DNA of 54,061 nucleotides from Armatimonadota bacterium (GTDB taxonomy: Bacteria > Armatimonadota > SYMT01): contig JBKBRF010000046.1 of the NCBI GenBank assembly GCA_046292385.1, positions 1-54,061 of the forward strand, read 5' to 3'. The translations under genes were made by a program, and so were the position numbers. This document shows positions 1-9,342 of the stretch, piece by piece (positions within the stretch are counted from its first letter, which is position 1; every line of letters begins with the position of its first letter). The notes under the pieces were generated by a model that saw only the letters and a program-made list of their open reading frames with translations, did no database searches and was not told where the DNA came from.

Positions 1-165
1 GCGCACCTGAAGCAGGTCGCCGGCAAGAACAAGCAGGCGCGGGTGCTCGTGAAGGGCGACCGGGACGTTGTCTACTCCCGCGTGATGGAAGTGATGGACC
101 AGGTGCGTCAGGCCGGCCTGACGCGCGTGGTGCTGCCCACCGACCCGCTGCGGCCGGCGCCGTAG
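1..165 (+). CDS. ExbD/TolR family biopolymer transport protein, 3' fragment
   Basis: Frame 1 reads ...ARVLVKGDRDVVYSRVMEVMDQVRQAGLTRVVL..., the typical ExbD C-terminal pattern; TAG at 163-165. Confidence 0.8.
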   Translation, partial: AHLKQVAGKNKQARVLVKGDRDVVYSRVMEVMDQVRQAGLTRVVLPTDPLRPAP

Positions 166-341
166 CGGTTTCAGGTTGTTGTCCGGACTGGTGGTCGCCA
201 GCCGTGGATGAGCCGGCGAAGCCGCGCCGGGCCCCGGAGGTCGCCAGCGAGCAGGAGCAAGAGTAAGAGCAGGAGCAGGACCTCCCGTACACGGAGGGTT
301 CAGACTTTAGCCTTCTGCCTTTAGCCTTTAGAGGGGTTTCC

Positions 342-2018
342 ATGCCGTTCGAACGATGGTGGTGGCTTTGTGTCTGTCTGGTGCTCTCGGTCTGCATCCA
401 CGTGGGCGTGGCGCTGAAGAGCCGGACGTTCCACGTCGCCGTGCCGCGCGCCGCCGCGCCGGCGGAGATCGAAGTGGCGCTGGAGCCGCTGCCCGAGCCG
501 GAGCCTGAGAAAAAGCCCGAGGAGCCCGAGCCGAAGCCGAAGGTGAAACCGCAGCCGGAGCCGCAGCAGCCGCTGGAGCACCAGCCGGAGCGGACCGTCG
601 GCGCGCCCCGGAAGCGGGCGGAGCGGGAGGCGGCGGAGATCGTGAAGCCGCGGGAGAAGACCGGCCCGCAGCGCCTGGTGAAGACGGTCGACCCGCGCCC
701 CACCGCGCCGAACGCGGAGCCGGGCGGCCTCGATCCGACGCGCAACGAGCGTCCCCTCCCCCTCGGCCTCCCCTCCGCGCGGCGAGACACGGACGCCCCG
801 CGGCTGATCCGCGTCGCGAAGGCCGATCCGAACCCCGGCGGCGGCGGCGCGCCGGCCCCGGGCCCGGTCCCCGGTGGGCGGGGCGGTGCCCGCGGTCCCG
901 AGGCGCCCCCGGAAGACATCATCTATAACGGCGGCGGCGCGGGCGGGGTGAACCTTCCGAAGGCGGCGCCCCGGATCGGAGGCGGCGGAGGGCGCTCCAT
1001 CCTCTCCGTCAGCAACCCTCTGGCCAAGGAAGTGGTGCCGGACGAGCGCCCGGGGCTCGGTCCCGGTCTGGGCGGCGGCGCCGGTGCGGGTGCGGGCGGC
1101 GGCGCCGGCTACGGGAGAGGTAAGGGCATCGGCACGAGCCTGGACGGCCAGCACGCGCTGGCGACCCTCCGCCGCAAGCCCGGTCCGGGCATCGGCGGGG
1201 GAGAGGGACGCGGCATCGGCACCCGCCCGCCCGGAGGCGGCCGCGGCGCCGGGGCGGAGCTGCCCGGCACCGGCGGGACCGGCCTCGGCTACGGCCGCGG
1301 CAGCGGAGTCGGCTTCGGCAGCGGGAAGGGAGTCGGCATCGGCGACGGCGCGGGCGGCGGCACCGGGCGAAACACCCTGGCGCGCGGCATCCCGTTCGGC
1401 GACCTCTCCGGCCTGCTGACCGACGGGGACCCGAACGGCGGCGGCGGCAAGGGCGGCGGCCCGGGCGGTCCCGGGCGCGGCGCCGTCTTCGGCGTCAAGG
1501 CCCCACCCTCCGGCGGAGGCTCCGCCCGGTTCGTCTACGTCCTCGACACTTCCACCAGCATGCGGCAGGGCGACAAGATGCCGCAGGCGAAGCTGGCGCT
1601 CAAGAAGGCGCTGCTGGAGCTGAAGACGGTCGACACCTTCAACATCGTCTGCTTCGACGGAGGCGTCCGCTCCTTCGCCGCCGCGATGCAGCCCGCCAGC
1701 CCGGAGAACGTCCGCCGCGCCGTGGAGTATGTCGACGCGATCGACATGCGCCCCGGCACCAACATCTCCGACGCGCTGGAAACCGCCCTGCGCCTGGAGA
1801 AGATCACCCACGTCTTCCTGCTCTCCGACGGCGAGCCGAGCCGCGGCATCACGAACCCGGACCAGCTTCGGGCGATGGTCCGCGAGCGCAACACCCAGAA
1901 GGCGCAGATCCTCACCCTCGCCCTCGGCCTGGGAGAGCAGTTCCCCGGCATCCCGCTCCTCAAAGGCCTGGCCGAGGACAACGACGGCAAGTTCAGCTAC
2001 GTCAACCTGGCGAAGTAA
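342..2018 (+). CDS. Membrane-anchored TonB-like Pro/Gly-rich protein with C-terminal VWA domain
   Basis: N-terminal TM with SxxxH (SVCIH), EP/KP-rich spacer, Gly-rich region, VWA MIDAS motifs (DTSTS, GTN, LLSDG). Confidence 0.85.
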   Translation: MPFERWWWLCVCLVLSVCIHVGVALKSRTFHVAVPRAAAPAEIEVALEPLPEPEPEKKPEEPEPKPKVKPQPEPQQPLEHQPERTVGAPRKRAEREAAEIVKPREKTGPQRLVKTVDPRPTAPNAEPGGLDPTRNERPLPLGLPSARRDTDAPRLIRVAKADPNPGGGGAPAPGPVPGGRGGARGPEAPPEDIIYNGGGAGGVNLPKAAPRIGGGGGRSILSVSNPLAKEVVPDERPGLGPGLGGGAGAGAGGGAGYGRGKGIGTSLDGQHALATLRRKPGPGIGGGEGRGIGTRPPGGGRGAGAELPGTGGTGLGYGRGSGVGFGSGKGVGIGDGAGGGTGRNTLARGIPFGDLSGLLTDGDPNGGGGKGGGPGGPGRGAVFGVKAPPSGGGSARFVYVLDTSTSMRQGDKMPQAKLALKKALLELKTVDTFNIVCFDGGVRSFAAAMQPASPENVRRAVEYVDAIDMRPGTNISDALETALRLEKITHVFLLSDGEPSRGITNPDQLRAMVRERNTQKAQILTLALGLGEQFPGIPLLKGLAEDNDGKFSYVNLAK

Positions 2019-2221
2019 CGCTTGCCCGAACGTGTAAGAAAAGGAGATAGGGGGGATGCGCTTAGGGATGAACGATGCGGGATGAGGGATGAATCCGAAC
2101 CTTCCGCGGCGCTCCTGCGGCTGCGCGGCACCCATCCGGAAATCTCGTCAAAGCAGAAGCGTTTCCGGCCGGAGGGGCGAGCGCCCCGCGCAGGCCTGCC
2201 GGACCGAAAGCACGGCAGTAC

Positions 2222-2686
2222 TTACGTTGCACCCCGAGGGCTACCGCCGAGCATCACGGGCCCCTCCTTGAGGTAGGCTTCGAAGAGCTCGCTGAAGGAC
2301 CGGGCGAGAACTTCAGGAGGTCCCGGCGGTCCCAGCAGAAGGAACGTGTTTTCGCATTTGCCCGACGCGTCCAGTCGCACTGCGTAGATAAACGCGTGGA
2401 GCATCCAGTCCGCGCAGACGAAGTACTGATCCGCATCTTCAAACGGGTAGTGCCCGTATTCTGAGAGCCGCTCCCAGCGGGAGATCGGATACCACTCGAC
2501 GCACTCCGGGTCCCACTCGTACTGCTCGAACCCATTCATCGTCTGCAGAAACTCGCGGATGTCGGGCGGCAGCCGGACCCCGTTGGCGCGCTCGAAGGCG
2601 TCGAGCTCCTCCTGCGAGGCGCCCGGCAGCATCCGGACCCGGTGCTCGAGCCAATACCGGTGCAGCCGCTGAACCACGCTTTCCAT
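2222..2686 (-). CDS. SMI1/KNR4 (SUKH) family protein
   Basis: PGASQEELDAFERANGVRLPPDIREFLQTMNG and C-terminal LARSFSELFE; start taken at ATG 2686. Confidence 0.85.
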   Translation of the reverse strand: MESVVQRLHRYWLEHRVRMLPGASQEELDAFERANGVRLPPDIREFLQTMNGFEQYEWDPECVEWYPISRWERLSEYGHYPFEDADQYFVCADWMLHAFIYAVRLDASGKCENTFLLLGPPGPPEVLARSFSELFEAYLKEGPVMLGGSPRGAT

Positions 2687-2994
2687 TCGCAGACCTCGGC
2701 TCAGCTCGATGCCGCAGAGTGTAAAAAAAGGGGATAGGGAGATCAGGGGAGATAGGGGGATATTCAAATCACGTCAATTTACCAGCGCCGCTGCTAACCT
2801 GCGGCCGCGCGTGCCGGACGCGAGAACGGGGCCGCAGTAGGCTGGCGACTGGAGAGCCAGAGCCAATTCCATCCCCCTATCCCCAATTCATCCCCCTATC
2901 TCCTTTCTTACACAACCTCTCCCCGGGAGGAACGCCGCGCCGGGTCATCGAAGCACCAAGCGATGGTTTGACTGCGATGGACGAGGGGCGGCGG

Positions 2995-4371
2995 ATGAGA
3001 CTCGATCGACGCGAGCTGGTGCTGGGCGGCGCGGCGCTGCTGTTGGCGGGTGGGTCCCGCGCGGAGGCGGCGGCACAGAACTGGGGCAATTGGCGGGGGC
3101 CGCACTACAACGGCTCCTCCGATGAGACCGGGCTCCCGGTGAAGTTCAGCCCCACGGAAGGCGTGCGGTGGTCCGCGGCGATGCCGGGGCCGTCCGCGGC
3201 GACCCCGATCGTCTGGGGTAACTCGGTCTTCGTGAGCAGCGTCGACACGGAAGCCAAGCAGCTCGTCGCGCTCTGCCTGGATCGCTCCACGGGCGCGGTG
3301 CGGTGGCGGCAGGCGGTCGGCTCCGGCTACCGTCCCGCGGGCGAGGGGAACGAGATCCAGCTCGACGCCCGCAGCAACTACGCCTCCCCTTCGCCGGTGA
3401 CCGACGGCCGGCGGGTGATCTTCTTCTACGGCAACGGCGACCTGGTCGCGTTCGACATGGCCGGCCAGAAGCTCTGGTCGCGCAACATGCAGCGCGACCA
3501 CGGCGACTACGCCTTCCAGTTCACCTTCTCCACCTCTCCCCTGCTCCACGAGGGCCGCCTCTACATGCAGGTGCTGCAGCGCAACACGCCGATCGGGCAG
3601 CGCGGCCGGCCGGGCGCGGAATCGTACCTGATGTCGCTCGACCCCGCCACCGGCAAAGAGCAGTGGCGCGTGGTGCGGCCCGCTCCCGCCGTGGCGGAAT
3701 CGCTGGAGGCCTACTCCACGCCGATCCCGTTCGTCCACAACGGTCGCAAGGAGATCCTGATCGCCGGCGGCGACATCCTGACCGGTCACGACCCCGCCAC
3801 CGGGAAGGAGCTTTGGCGCTGGGGCACCTACAACCAGGATCCGGGCGACGAGGCGAGCCGGCACCGCCGTCCGGACTTCCGCCTGGTCCCCTCCCCCGTG
3901 GCCGGGGGCGGCGTGGTGCTGGGCTGCGGCCCCAAGCAGAAGCCGGTCTTTGCCGTGAAGGCGGGGCAGAACGGCGACGTGACGGCGGACGGCATGGCGT
4001 GGCACAGCGAGGTGCGGGGCGACGTGACCTCCGACGTGCCGACGCCCGCCTTCTACCGCGGCCGCTTCTACGTGGCGAGCGACGTAAAGAAGGCGCTCTC
4101 GGCGGTCGATCCGCGCGACGGCAAGGCCCTCTGGAGCGTCCCGACGCCGGGCCGCAGCATGGTGTGGGCCTCCCCCACCGCCGCCGACGGCAAGATCTAC
4201 GCGATGAGCCTGCAGGGCGAGGTTTTCGTCTACGACGTGGAGCGCGGCGAGCTGCTCTCCACCAACGCGATGGCCCCCGGCGAGAACGAGATCCGCTCCG
4301 CCATCGCCGTCTCCGGCGGGAACCTCTTCATCCGCACCAACAGCCGGCTCTACTGCATCGGAAAGGCGTAG
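2995..4371 (+). CDS. PQQ-like beta-propeller repeat protein (BamB-like), probably exported
   Basis: Tat-like DRRELVLGG signal, NWGNWRGP start, repeated LDxxTGKxxW motifs; start uncertain (2968-2995). Confidence 0.85.
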   Translation: MRLDRRELVLGGAALLLAGGSRAEAAAQNWGNWRGPHYNGSSDETGLPVKFSPTEGVRWSAAMPGPSAATPIVWGNSVFVSSVDTEAKQLVALCLDRSTGAVRWRQAVGSGYRPAGEGNEIQLDARSNYASPSPVTDGRRVIFFYGNGDLVAFDMAGQKLWSRNMQRDHGDYAFQFTFSTSPLLHEGRLYMQVLQRNTPIGQRGRPGAESYLMSLDPATGKEQWRVVRPAPAVAESLEAYSTPIPFVHNGRKEILIAGGDILTGHDPATGKELWRWGTYNQDPGDEASRHRRPDFRLVPSPVAGGGVVLGCGPKQKPVFAVKAGQNGDVTADGMAWHSEVRGDVTSDVPTPAFYRGRFYVASDVKKALSAVDPRDGKALWSVPTPGRSMVWASPTAADGKIYAMSLQGEVFVYDVERGELLSTNAMAPGENEIRSAIAVSGGNLFIRTNSRLYCIGKA

Positions 4372-4385
4372 CGGGACTTACGCCG

Positions 4386-5183
4386 CTACGCCGTCCGATT
4401 AGCGCCCGCGAGCAGCTCTTCGGCCCGCTCCCACACCGTCCCGGTGTCGTCGAGGTGTGCTGCCCGTTTCCACGCCTTCCGCGCGCCGCTACGGTCGCCG
4501 GCATGGTCGAGCGCAATCCCCAACCGCAGGTATGCGTACGCGGCCAGCGGGCGGCAGTCTCGGTGGGTCTCCGAGATCACCCCGCGATACTCGGCGATCG
4601 CCGCCTCGACGTCCCCGGCCTCCAGGAGGGTGTCGCCCAACTCGATGCGGTGACTCGGGACCACGGGAGACTTGCTGATCTCGAGCTCAATCGCTCGCCG
4701 GTAGGCGACCACGGCTTCGGTCGGGTGGCCGGACTGCCGGAGCGCTCGAGCGAGGTAGGAATGGGCGAGGGAGCTTTCGGGATGATGGCGGAGAAACTCC
4801 TGGTAACGCTCCACCGCAGCCCCGGCATCGTCGCCGGTCTCGGCCCGGATCGCTTCGAGTTGCGCGCTTTCGGCCCGGATTGCCTCCACCTGCGTCCGGA
4901 GGGAGGCGAGTTCCGCGGCCATTTCCTCATCACCCAGTCGGCGACAGCCGCCTTCCAGAACATCGAGTCCCGCCTCGATTCCCTGGGTCTCCATGACCTC
5001 CGCCACTTCTCGTTGCCAGGCCTTCAGATCCGTGATTTGCTCCCGGAAACTCCGGCAGGCAAGGTGGCGCTCCGGAGGGCCGAAGCGCTCCAGGACCTGA
5101 CTGAGCTGAACGCCCAGCCAGATGATGACGCGAGCGGCGAGGACCGAGTAATCCAGGCCGCGGCCGGAGCTGCGTGAAGCCAA
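4386..5183 (-). CDS. Tetratricopeptide repeat protein
   Basis: TPR-like units (AHSYLARALRQSGHPTEAVVAYRRAIEL; AYLRLGIALDHAGDRSGARKAWKRA); start uncertain. Confidence 0.7.
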   Translation of the reverse strand: MASRSSGRGLDYSVLAARVIIWLGVQLSQVLERFGPPERHLACRSFREQITDLKAWQREVAEVMETQGIEAGLDVLEGGCRRLGDEEMAAELASLRTQVEAIRAESAQLEAIRAETGDDAGAAVERYQEFLRHHPESSLAHSYLARALRQSGHPTEAVVAYRRAIELEISKSPVVPSHRIELGDTLLEAGDVEAAIAEYRGVISETHRDCRPLAAYAYLRLGIALDHAGDRSGARKAWKRAAHLDDTGTVWERAEELLAGANRTA

Positions 5184-5276
5184 CGCCTTGCCTCCCTGGA
5201 GTCGTGCTCTCGCCTCCTAGACAACTCCGCCAAAAGGACGAAGGAGCAGAATCCGGGTGACGGACAATTTACCGCA

Positions 5277-5981
5277 GTGAGCCAGGAAGCCCCCGGTTGT
5301 CTCGGCGCGCTGCTGCGCCTGTTCGGAGTGTCCACTTCCCACCCCTCGCCGGGTGCTGTTTTGGGAACAGAAGAACTTTCTGCCACCACCCTCGACGTCT
5401 ACCGGGTTCGAGATGACTTTCTCTCCCGCGCGGAGGCCTCCTTCTTCCACGTGCTGCGCCTCGTCGTGGCCGACCGGTTCGTCATCTGCCCGAAGGTGCG
5501 GCTGGCCGACCTCTTCTTCGTGACGCGCCCGCACGAGAACCGGGGAGCCGCCAACCGGATCGCGTCCAAGCACGTCGATTTCGTCCTGCTCGATCCCGCG
5601 TCGCTCAAACCCGTGGCGGCGCTGGAGCTGGACGACTCCAGCCACCAGAAAGCCCGCGCCGCAGAGCGGGATGAGTTCAAAGACCAGGTCTTCGCCTCCG
5701 CCGGCCTGCCACTGATCCGCGTTCCGGCCCAGCGAGCGTACGACGTCCAGCAAGTCTCCGCCCTCCTCGCGACCGCGCTCCCCACCCTTTCGGCCGCGGC
5801 ACCGATAGCCAGATCGGAAGTGCCGGCAACGGAGCCCGCTCCCCCGGGACCGCCCACCTGCCCGAACTGCTCCGTCCCGATGACCCTGCGCAATGCGACC
5901 CGCGGGGCGAACGCGGGAGGGGAGTTCTGGGGATGTCCCAATTACCCGAAGTGCCGGTCGGTGCTCCCCGTGGGGAGCTGA
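5277..5981 (+). CDS. DUF2726 domain protein with C-terminal topoisomerase-type C4 zinc finger
   Basis: KVRLAD, KHVDFVL, ELDDSSH motifs; CPNC...FWGCPNYPKC. Confidence 0.88.
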   Translation: MSQEAPGCLGALLRLFGVSTSHPSPGAVLGTEELSATTLDVYRVRDDFLSRAEASFFHVLRLVVADRFVICPKVRLADLFFVTRPHENRGAANRIASKHVDFVLLDPASLKPVAALELDDSSHQKARAAERDEFKDQVFASAGLPLIRVPAQRAYDVQQVSALLATALPTLSAAAPIARSEVPATEPAPPGPPTCPNCSVPMTLRNATRGANAGGEFWGCPNYPKCRSVLPVGS

Positions 5982-5991
5982 GCCGCCCGGA

Positions 5992-6546
5992 TCACCGCAG
6001 GCGGTGGCGGGCCGCGGCGGAGAGGTAGGTGCGGGAGACGAAGCCGGTCTCCTTCCACTGCGCGTGGCAGGAGGCGCAGCGCTTCAGCCGGCCCCGCTCC
6101 TCGATCTTGCTGCCGGAGCCGTCCAGCACCAGGTACTCCCAATCGCCGCCCGCGGGGAAGTAGCCCTTCTCCCGCTTCCGCATCACCGTCAGCAGCTCCG
6201 GCGCGCGGCTGTCGGCGGTGGATAGCTTTTCCTTCACCAGCAGGCTGCCGCGCGGGAACACGGGGCGCTTCCGCTCCAGCATCGGCTTGCGGGCGGCGGG
6301 GTTGCCGTAGACAGTGACGAACTTGTCGAGGTGCGGGCTCGCCTTCTCCCGCGCGTGCTCCCCCTTCGAAGCGACGCGGCACTCTGCCGCTATACGTGAT
6401 TCCACCCGGTGCGGCGTGGGATTGACCCGCGTCCACTCGCGGTAATCGACCACGAGGCTGGACCGCGACTCTACCGGCGCTAGCGCCGCCGTGCCGAAAC
6501 TGGCAGCCGTTAACAGCACTGTCACCATCGGGAGAACCAGGCGCAT
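5992..6546 (-). CDS. Cytochrome P460 family protein
   Basis: Signal peptide, FPRGSLLVKEK, MRKREKGY...GDWEY, C-terminal CASCH; AGGAG upstream of ATG 6546. Confidence 0.8.
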   Translation of the reverse strand: MRLVLPMVTVLLTAASFGTAALAPVESRSSLVVDYREWTRVNPTPHRVESRIAAECRVASKGEHAREKASPHLDKFVTVYGNPAARKPMLERKRPVFPRGSLLVKEKLSTADSRAPELLTVMRKREKGYFPAGGDWEYLVLDGSGSKIEERGRLKRCASCHAQWKETGFVSRTYLSAAARHRLR

Positions 6547-6579
6547 CTCGCACACTCCTTTCCCCGTAAGGAGGCGGTG

Positions 6580-7275
6580 CTACATCAGCCCCCGCTGCTT
6601 CATGCTGACCCACTTTCCGTCGCCGATGATGACGTGGTCGAGCAGCTCGATCCCGAGGAGCTTCGCGCCCTCTTGCAGGCGCTTCGTGGTGGCGATGTCC
6701 TGCGGGGAGGGGTCCGGGTCGCCGGAGGGGTGATTGTGGACCAGCACCAGCGAGGCGGCGTTGAACTGGAACGCCTCCTTGAAGACCTCCCGCGGGTGGA
6801 CCAGGCTCTCGGTCAGCGTGCCGGTCGAGATCCGTCGGCGGTGGCGCACCTGGTTGCGGGCGTCGAGCACCAGGGCGAACAGGTGCTCACGGGCTTCGTA
6901 GCGCAGCTCGCTCATCATGAGCTGGGCCACGTCGGCGGGCGAGCGGATCACCGGCTTCACCTCGTCGCTCGTCGCCGCGACCCGCTTCGCCAGCTCGAAC
7001 GCCGCCTTCACTTCGATCGCCTTCACGCGGCCGATGCCGTCGACCCGTGCGAGCTGCTCCAGGCTGGCGTTCGCCAGCCCGGAAAGCCCGCCGAGCTCCC
7101 GGAACAGCTCCTCCGCCAGCTGCACCGCGTTCCGCCTGGAGGTCCCGGTGCGGAAAAGGATCGCCAGCAGCTCCGGCGTGGTGAGACTCTCCGGCCCGGA
7201 AGCCTCCAGCCGCTCCCGCGGCCGGGACTCCGGGAGCATATCGGCGATGCGAAGGGCGTTGTAGGCTTCGGACAT
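6580..7275 (-). CDS. radC: RadC family JAB/MPN domain protein
   Basis: RPRERL, HhH GIGRVKA, VHPREVF, HNHPSGDPDPSPQD, LLDHVII. Confidence 0.95.
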   Translation of the reverse strand: MSEAYNALRIADMLPESRPRERLEASGPESLTTPELLAILFRTGTSRRNAVQLAEELFRELGGLSGLANASLEQLARVDGIGRVKAIEVKAAFELAKRVAATSDEVKPVIRSPADVAQLMMSELRYEAREHLFALVLDARNQVRHRRRISTGTLTESLVHPREVFKEAFQFNAASLVLVHNHPSGDPDPSPQDIATTKRLQEGAKLLGIELLDHVIIGDGKWVSMKQRGLM

Positions 7276-7375
7276 AGAAAGCGGAAGGAGAGTGGACGAT
7301 GCAAGGTCGTTCACCCGCCGGGCCGGGGGGCTCCTGCCTTTTGGACAAGTTCGCAGGTGCACTCGGCGAGAACAA

Positions 7376-8025
7376 CATCTCACCGAGGTTCCACCCCGTG
7401 CCCTCACCGGGTGGAGCGGCCCTCCCGGGTGAGTGGCCCTCCCGCAGTCCTTTCACGCTCCGGCTTCGCCCCCCGTTCGGGGGGTGAACCTCCGCTAGCG
7501 GACTGCTCCGGGCGTGCACTTCGGTAGGCTGCGCTCCGCGTCCGAGTACGGCGGGCTTTCGCAGCGCGGCGAATCACGGGCCGCTCCACCCGGCTCAAGC
7601 AGCCACCCCTTCCGCCCGCGAGCGGGCACCCGGGGGTGCCCACAAGTGGAGCCCTCCGCCGCTGCCTACGGCAGCGCCTCCAGGCTCCTTCGGTAGCGCG
7701 GGCGAAGGCCTATCCAGTGGCGTTCGGAGGCGGAGCCGCAGGCTCTGCCGGAGGACGGCAATTGTGACCGCCCCTGGGTGCCAGGGGCGGTAGCTCGACG
7801 GCGGCCGATTCAGCCCGTGAACCAGCCGGCTGTGGCGGTAGAGCGCACTGGCGCGGGAAGAGCGCATCGGGATGCACCCCCGGAGCGGCCCGCTAACGGA
7901 GCGAAGCGGAGTGTGAAAGGGCCGGCGCAGGGCCCTCGTCGCGGGAGGGCTGAATCGGCCGACTAGGGCTCGGGGTCGGACCGCGGTTCCAACGCTGTTG
8001 CACGCAAAGGCAGTGCACACTCCGC
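7376..8025. repeat. ~650-bp structured dispersed repeat, copy A
   Basis: Collinear with the reverse complement of 13289-13941; 47-nt identical block 7592-7638; compensatory stem changes; boundaries approximate. Confidence 0.9.
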
Positions 8026-8224
8026 GTCGGAGGCCCGTCCGCCAGACCGGGAGGCTGATTCGGCGCGCGGGCTCGAGCCACGACACCAGGGCTGCCAACC
8101 GCAAGCCATAAGAAACCACCCAAAGCCGACCCCCGACCGGATAGCAATCAGCCGCTCGACGCACTCATCACCCCAGGGATAAGATAGGAGCGGTCTGCCC
8201 GCGCGGGGCAGCTGTGGGGGTCTC

Positions 8225-9172
8225 ATGGAGCGCAACGTCACCATCATCGGTTCCGGTCCGGCGGGCTACACCGCCGCCATCTACGCGGCGCGAGCCAACC
8301 TCAAGCCGCTGCTCATCCAGGGCATGCAGCCGGGCGGACAGCTCACGATCACCACCGACGTGGAGAACTACCCCGGCTTCCCGGACGGCATCATGGGCCC
8401 GGAGATGATGGAGCTGTTCCAGAAGCAGGCGACGCGCTTCGGGACCGAGATCGTCTGGGGCACGGTGACGAAGGTCGACTTCAGCGGCTGGCCGTTCCGG
8501 CTCTACACGGAGGACGACGAGTTCGTCTCCAAGACGGTCATCATCGCGACCGGCGCCTCCGCCAAGTGGCTCGGCCTGAAGGGGGAGCTCCCCTGGCCGG
8601 AAGGGCTCGGCGGCCGCGGCGTCTCCGCGTGCGCCACGTGCGACGGCTTCTTCTTCAAGAACCAGGACGTGCTGGTGGTGGGCGGCGGCGATACCGCCAT
8701 GGAAGAGGCGAACTACCTGACGCGGATGTGCAATTCGGTCACCATCGTCCACCGCCGCGAGGAGTTCCGCGCCAGCAAGATCATGGTCGACCGCGCGAAG
8801 GCGAACCCGAAGATCAAGTGGGTGCTGAACGCCGGCGTGGAGGAGATCCTGGGCCAGGAAGCCGGCAAGGTGACGGGAGTCCGCCTTCGCAGCACGGTGG
8901 AGGACAAGACCTGGGAGATGCCGACCGACGCCGTCTTCGTGGCGATCGGGCACAAGCCGAACAGCGACCTCTTCACCGGCCTGCTCGACATGGACGAGTT
9001 CGGCTACCTGAAGGTGAAGCCGGGCACCACCCAGACCAACATCGAAGGCGTCTTCGCCGCGGGCGACATCGCGGACCGCGTCTACCGCCAGGCAATCACC
9101 GCCGCCGGCCTCGGCTGCATGGCCGCCCTCGAAGCGGAGCGCTGGCTGGAAGCGCGAGGGGATCACCAGTAG
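8225..9172 (+). CDS. trxB: Thioredoxin-disulfide reductase
   Basis: GSGPAGYTAAIY, CATCDG active site, GGGDTAMEEA, FAAGD. Confidence 0.97.
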   Translation: MERNVTIIGSGPAGYTAAIYAARANLKPLLIQGMQPGGQLTITTDVENYPGFPDGIMGPEMMELFQKQATRFGTEIVWGTVTKVDFSGWPFRLYTEDDEFVSKTVIIATGASAKWLGLKGELPWPEGLGGRGVSACATCDGFFFKNQDVLVVGGGDTAMEEANYLTRMCNSVTIVHRREEFRASKIMVDRAKANPKIKWVLNAGVEEILGQEAGKVTGVRLRSTVEDKTWEMPTDAVFVAIGHKPNSDLFTGLLDMDEFGYLKVKPGTTQTNIEGVFAAGDIADRVYRQAITAAGLGCMAALEAERWLEARGDHQ

Positions 9173-9338
9173 GGTCTAGGGTCTAGGGGATAGGGTATAG
9201 CGCTGGCGCATGCCGGACGTGCATCTCGTGGCGCGTGCCTCCTCCCCGAGGTCCTGCCCTCGCCACTTCCGGTACGCGAGCCCTACCCGCGAGCTCAGTC
9301 CCTAGACCCTAGACCCTAGACCCTAGACCCTAGACCCT
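9170..9338. repeat. Inverted pair of heptamer arrays (TAGGGNN x4 / CCCTAGA x5) around a unique spacer
   Basis: 9170-9200 starts at the trxB stop; 9300-9338 ends 4 nt before ATG 9343. Confidence 0.9.
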
Positions 9339-9342
9339 TCCC

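Noticed and set aside
7404..8164. ORFs within the large repeats (7404-7643, 7595-8164, 13398-14000, 13549-14037)
   Set aside because: Frames are not preserved between copies because of indels; shared peptides only reflect the DNA repeat
9170..9338. CRISPR interpretation of the short repeats
   Set aside because: 7-nt tandem units with no repeat-spacer periodicity and no cas genes
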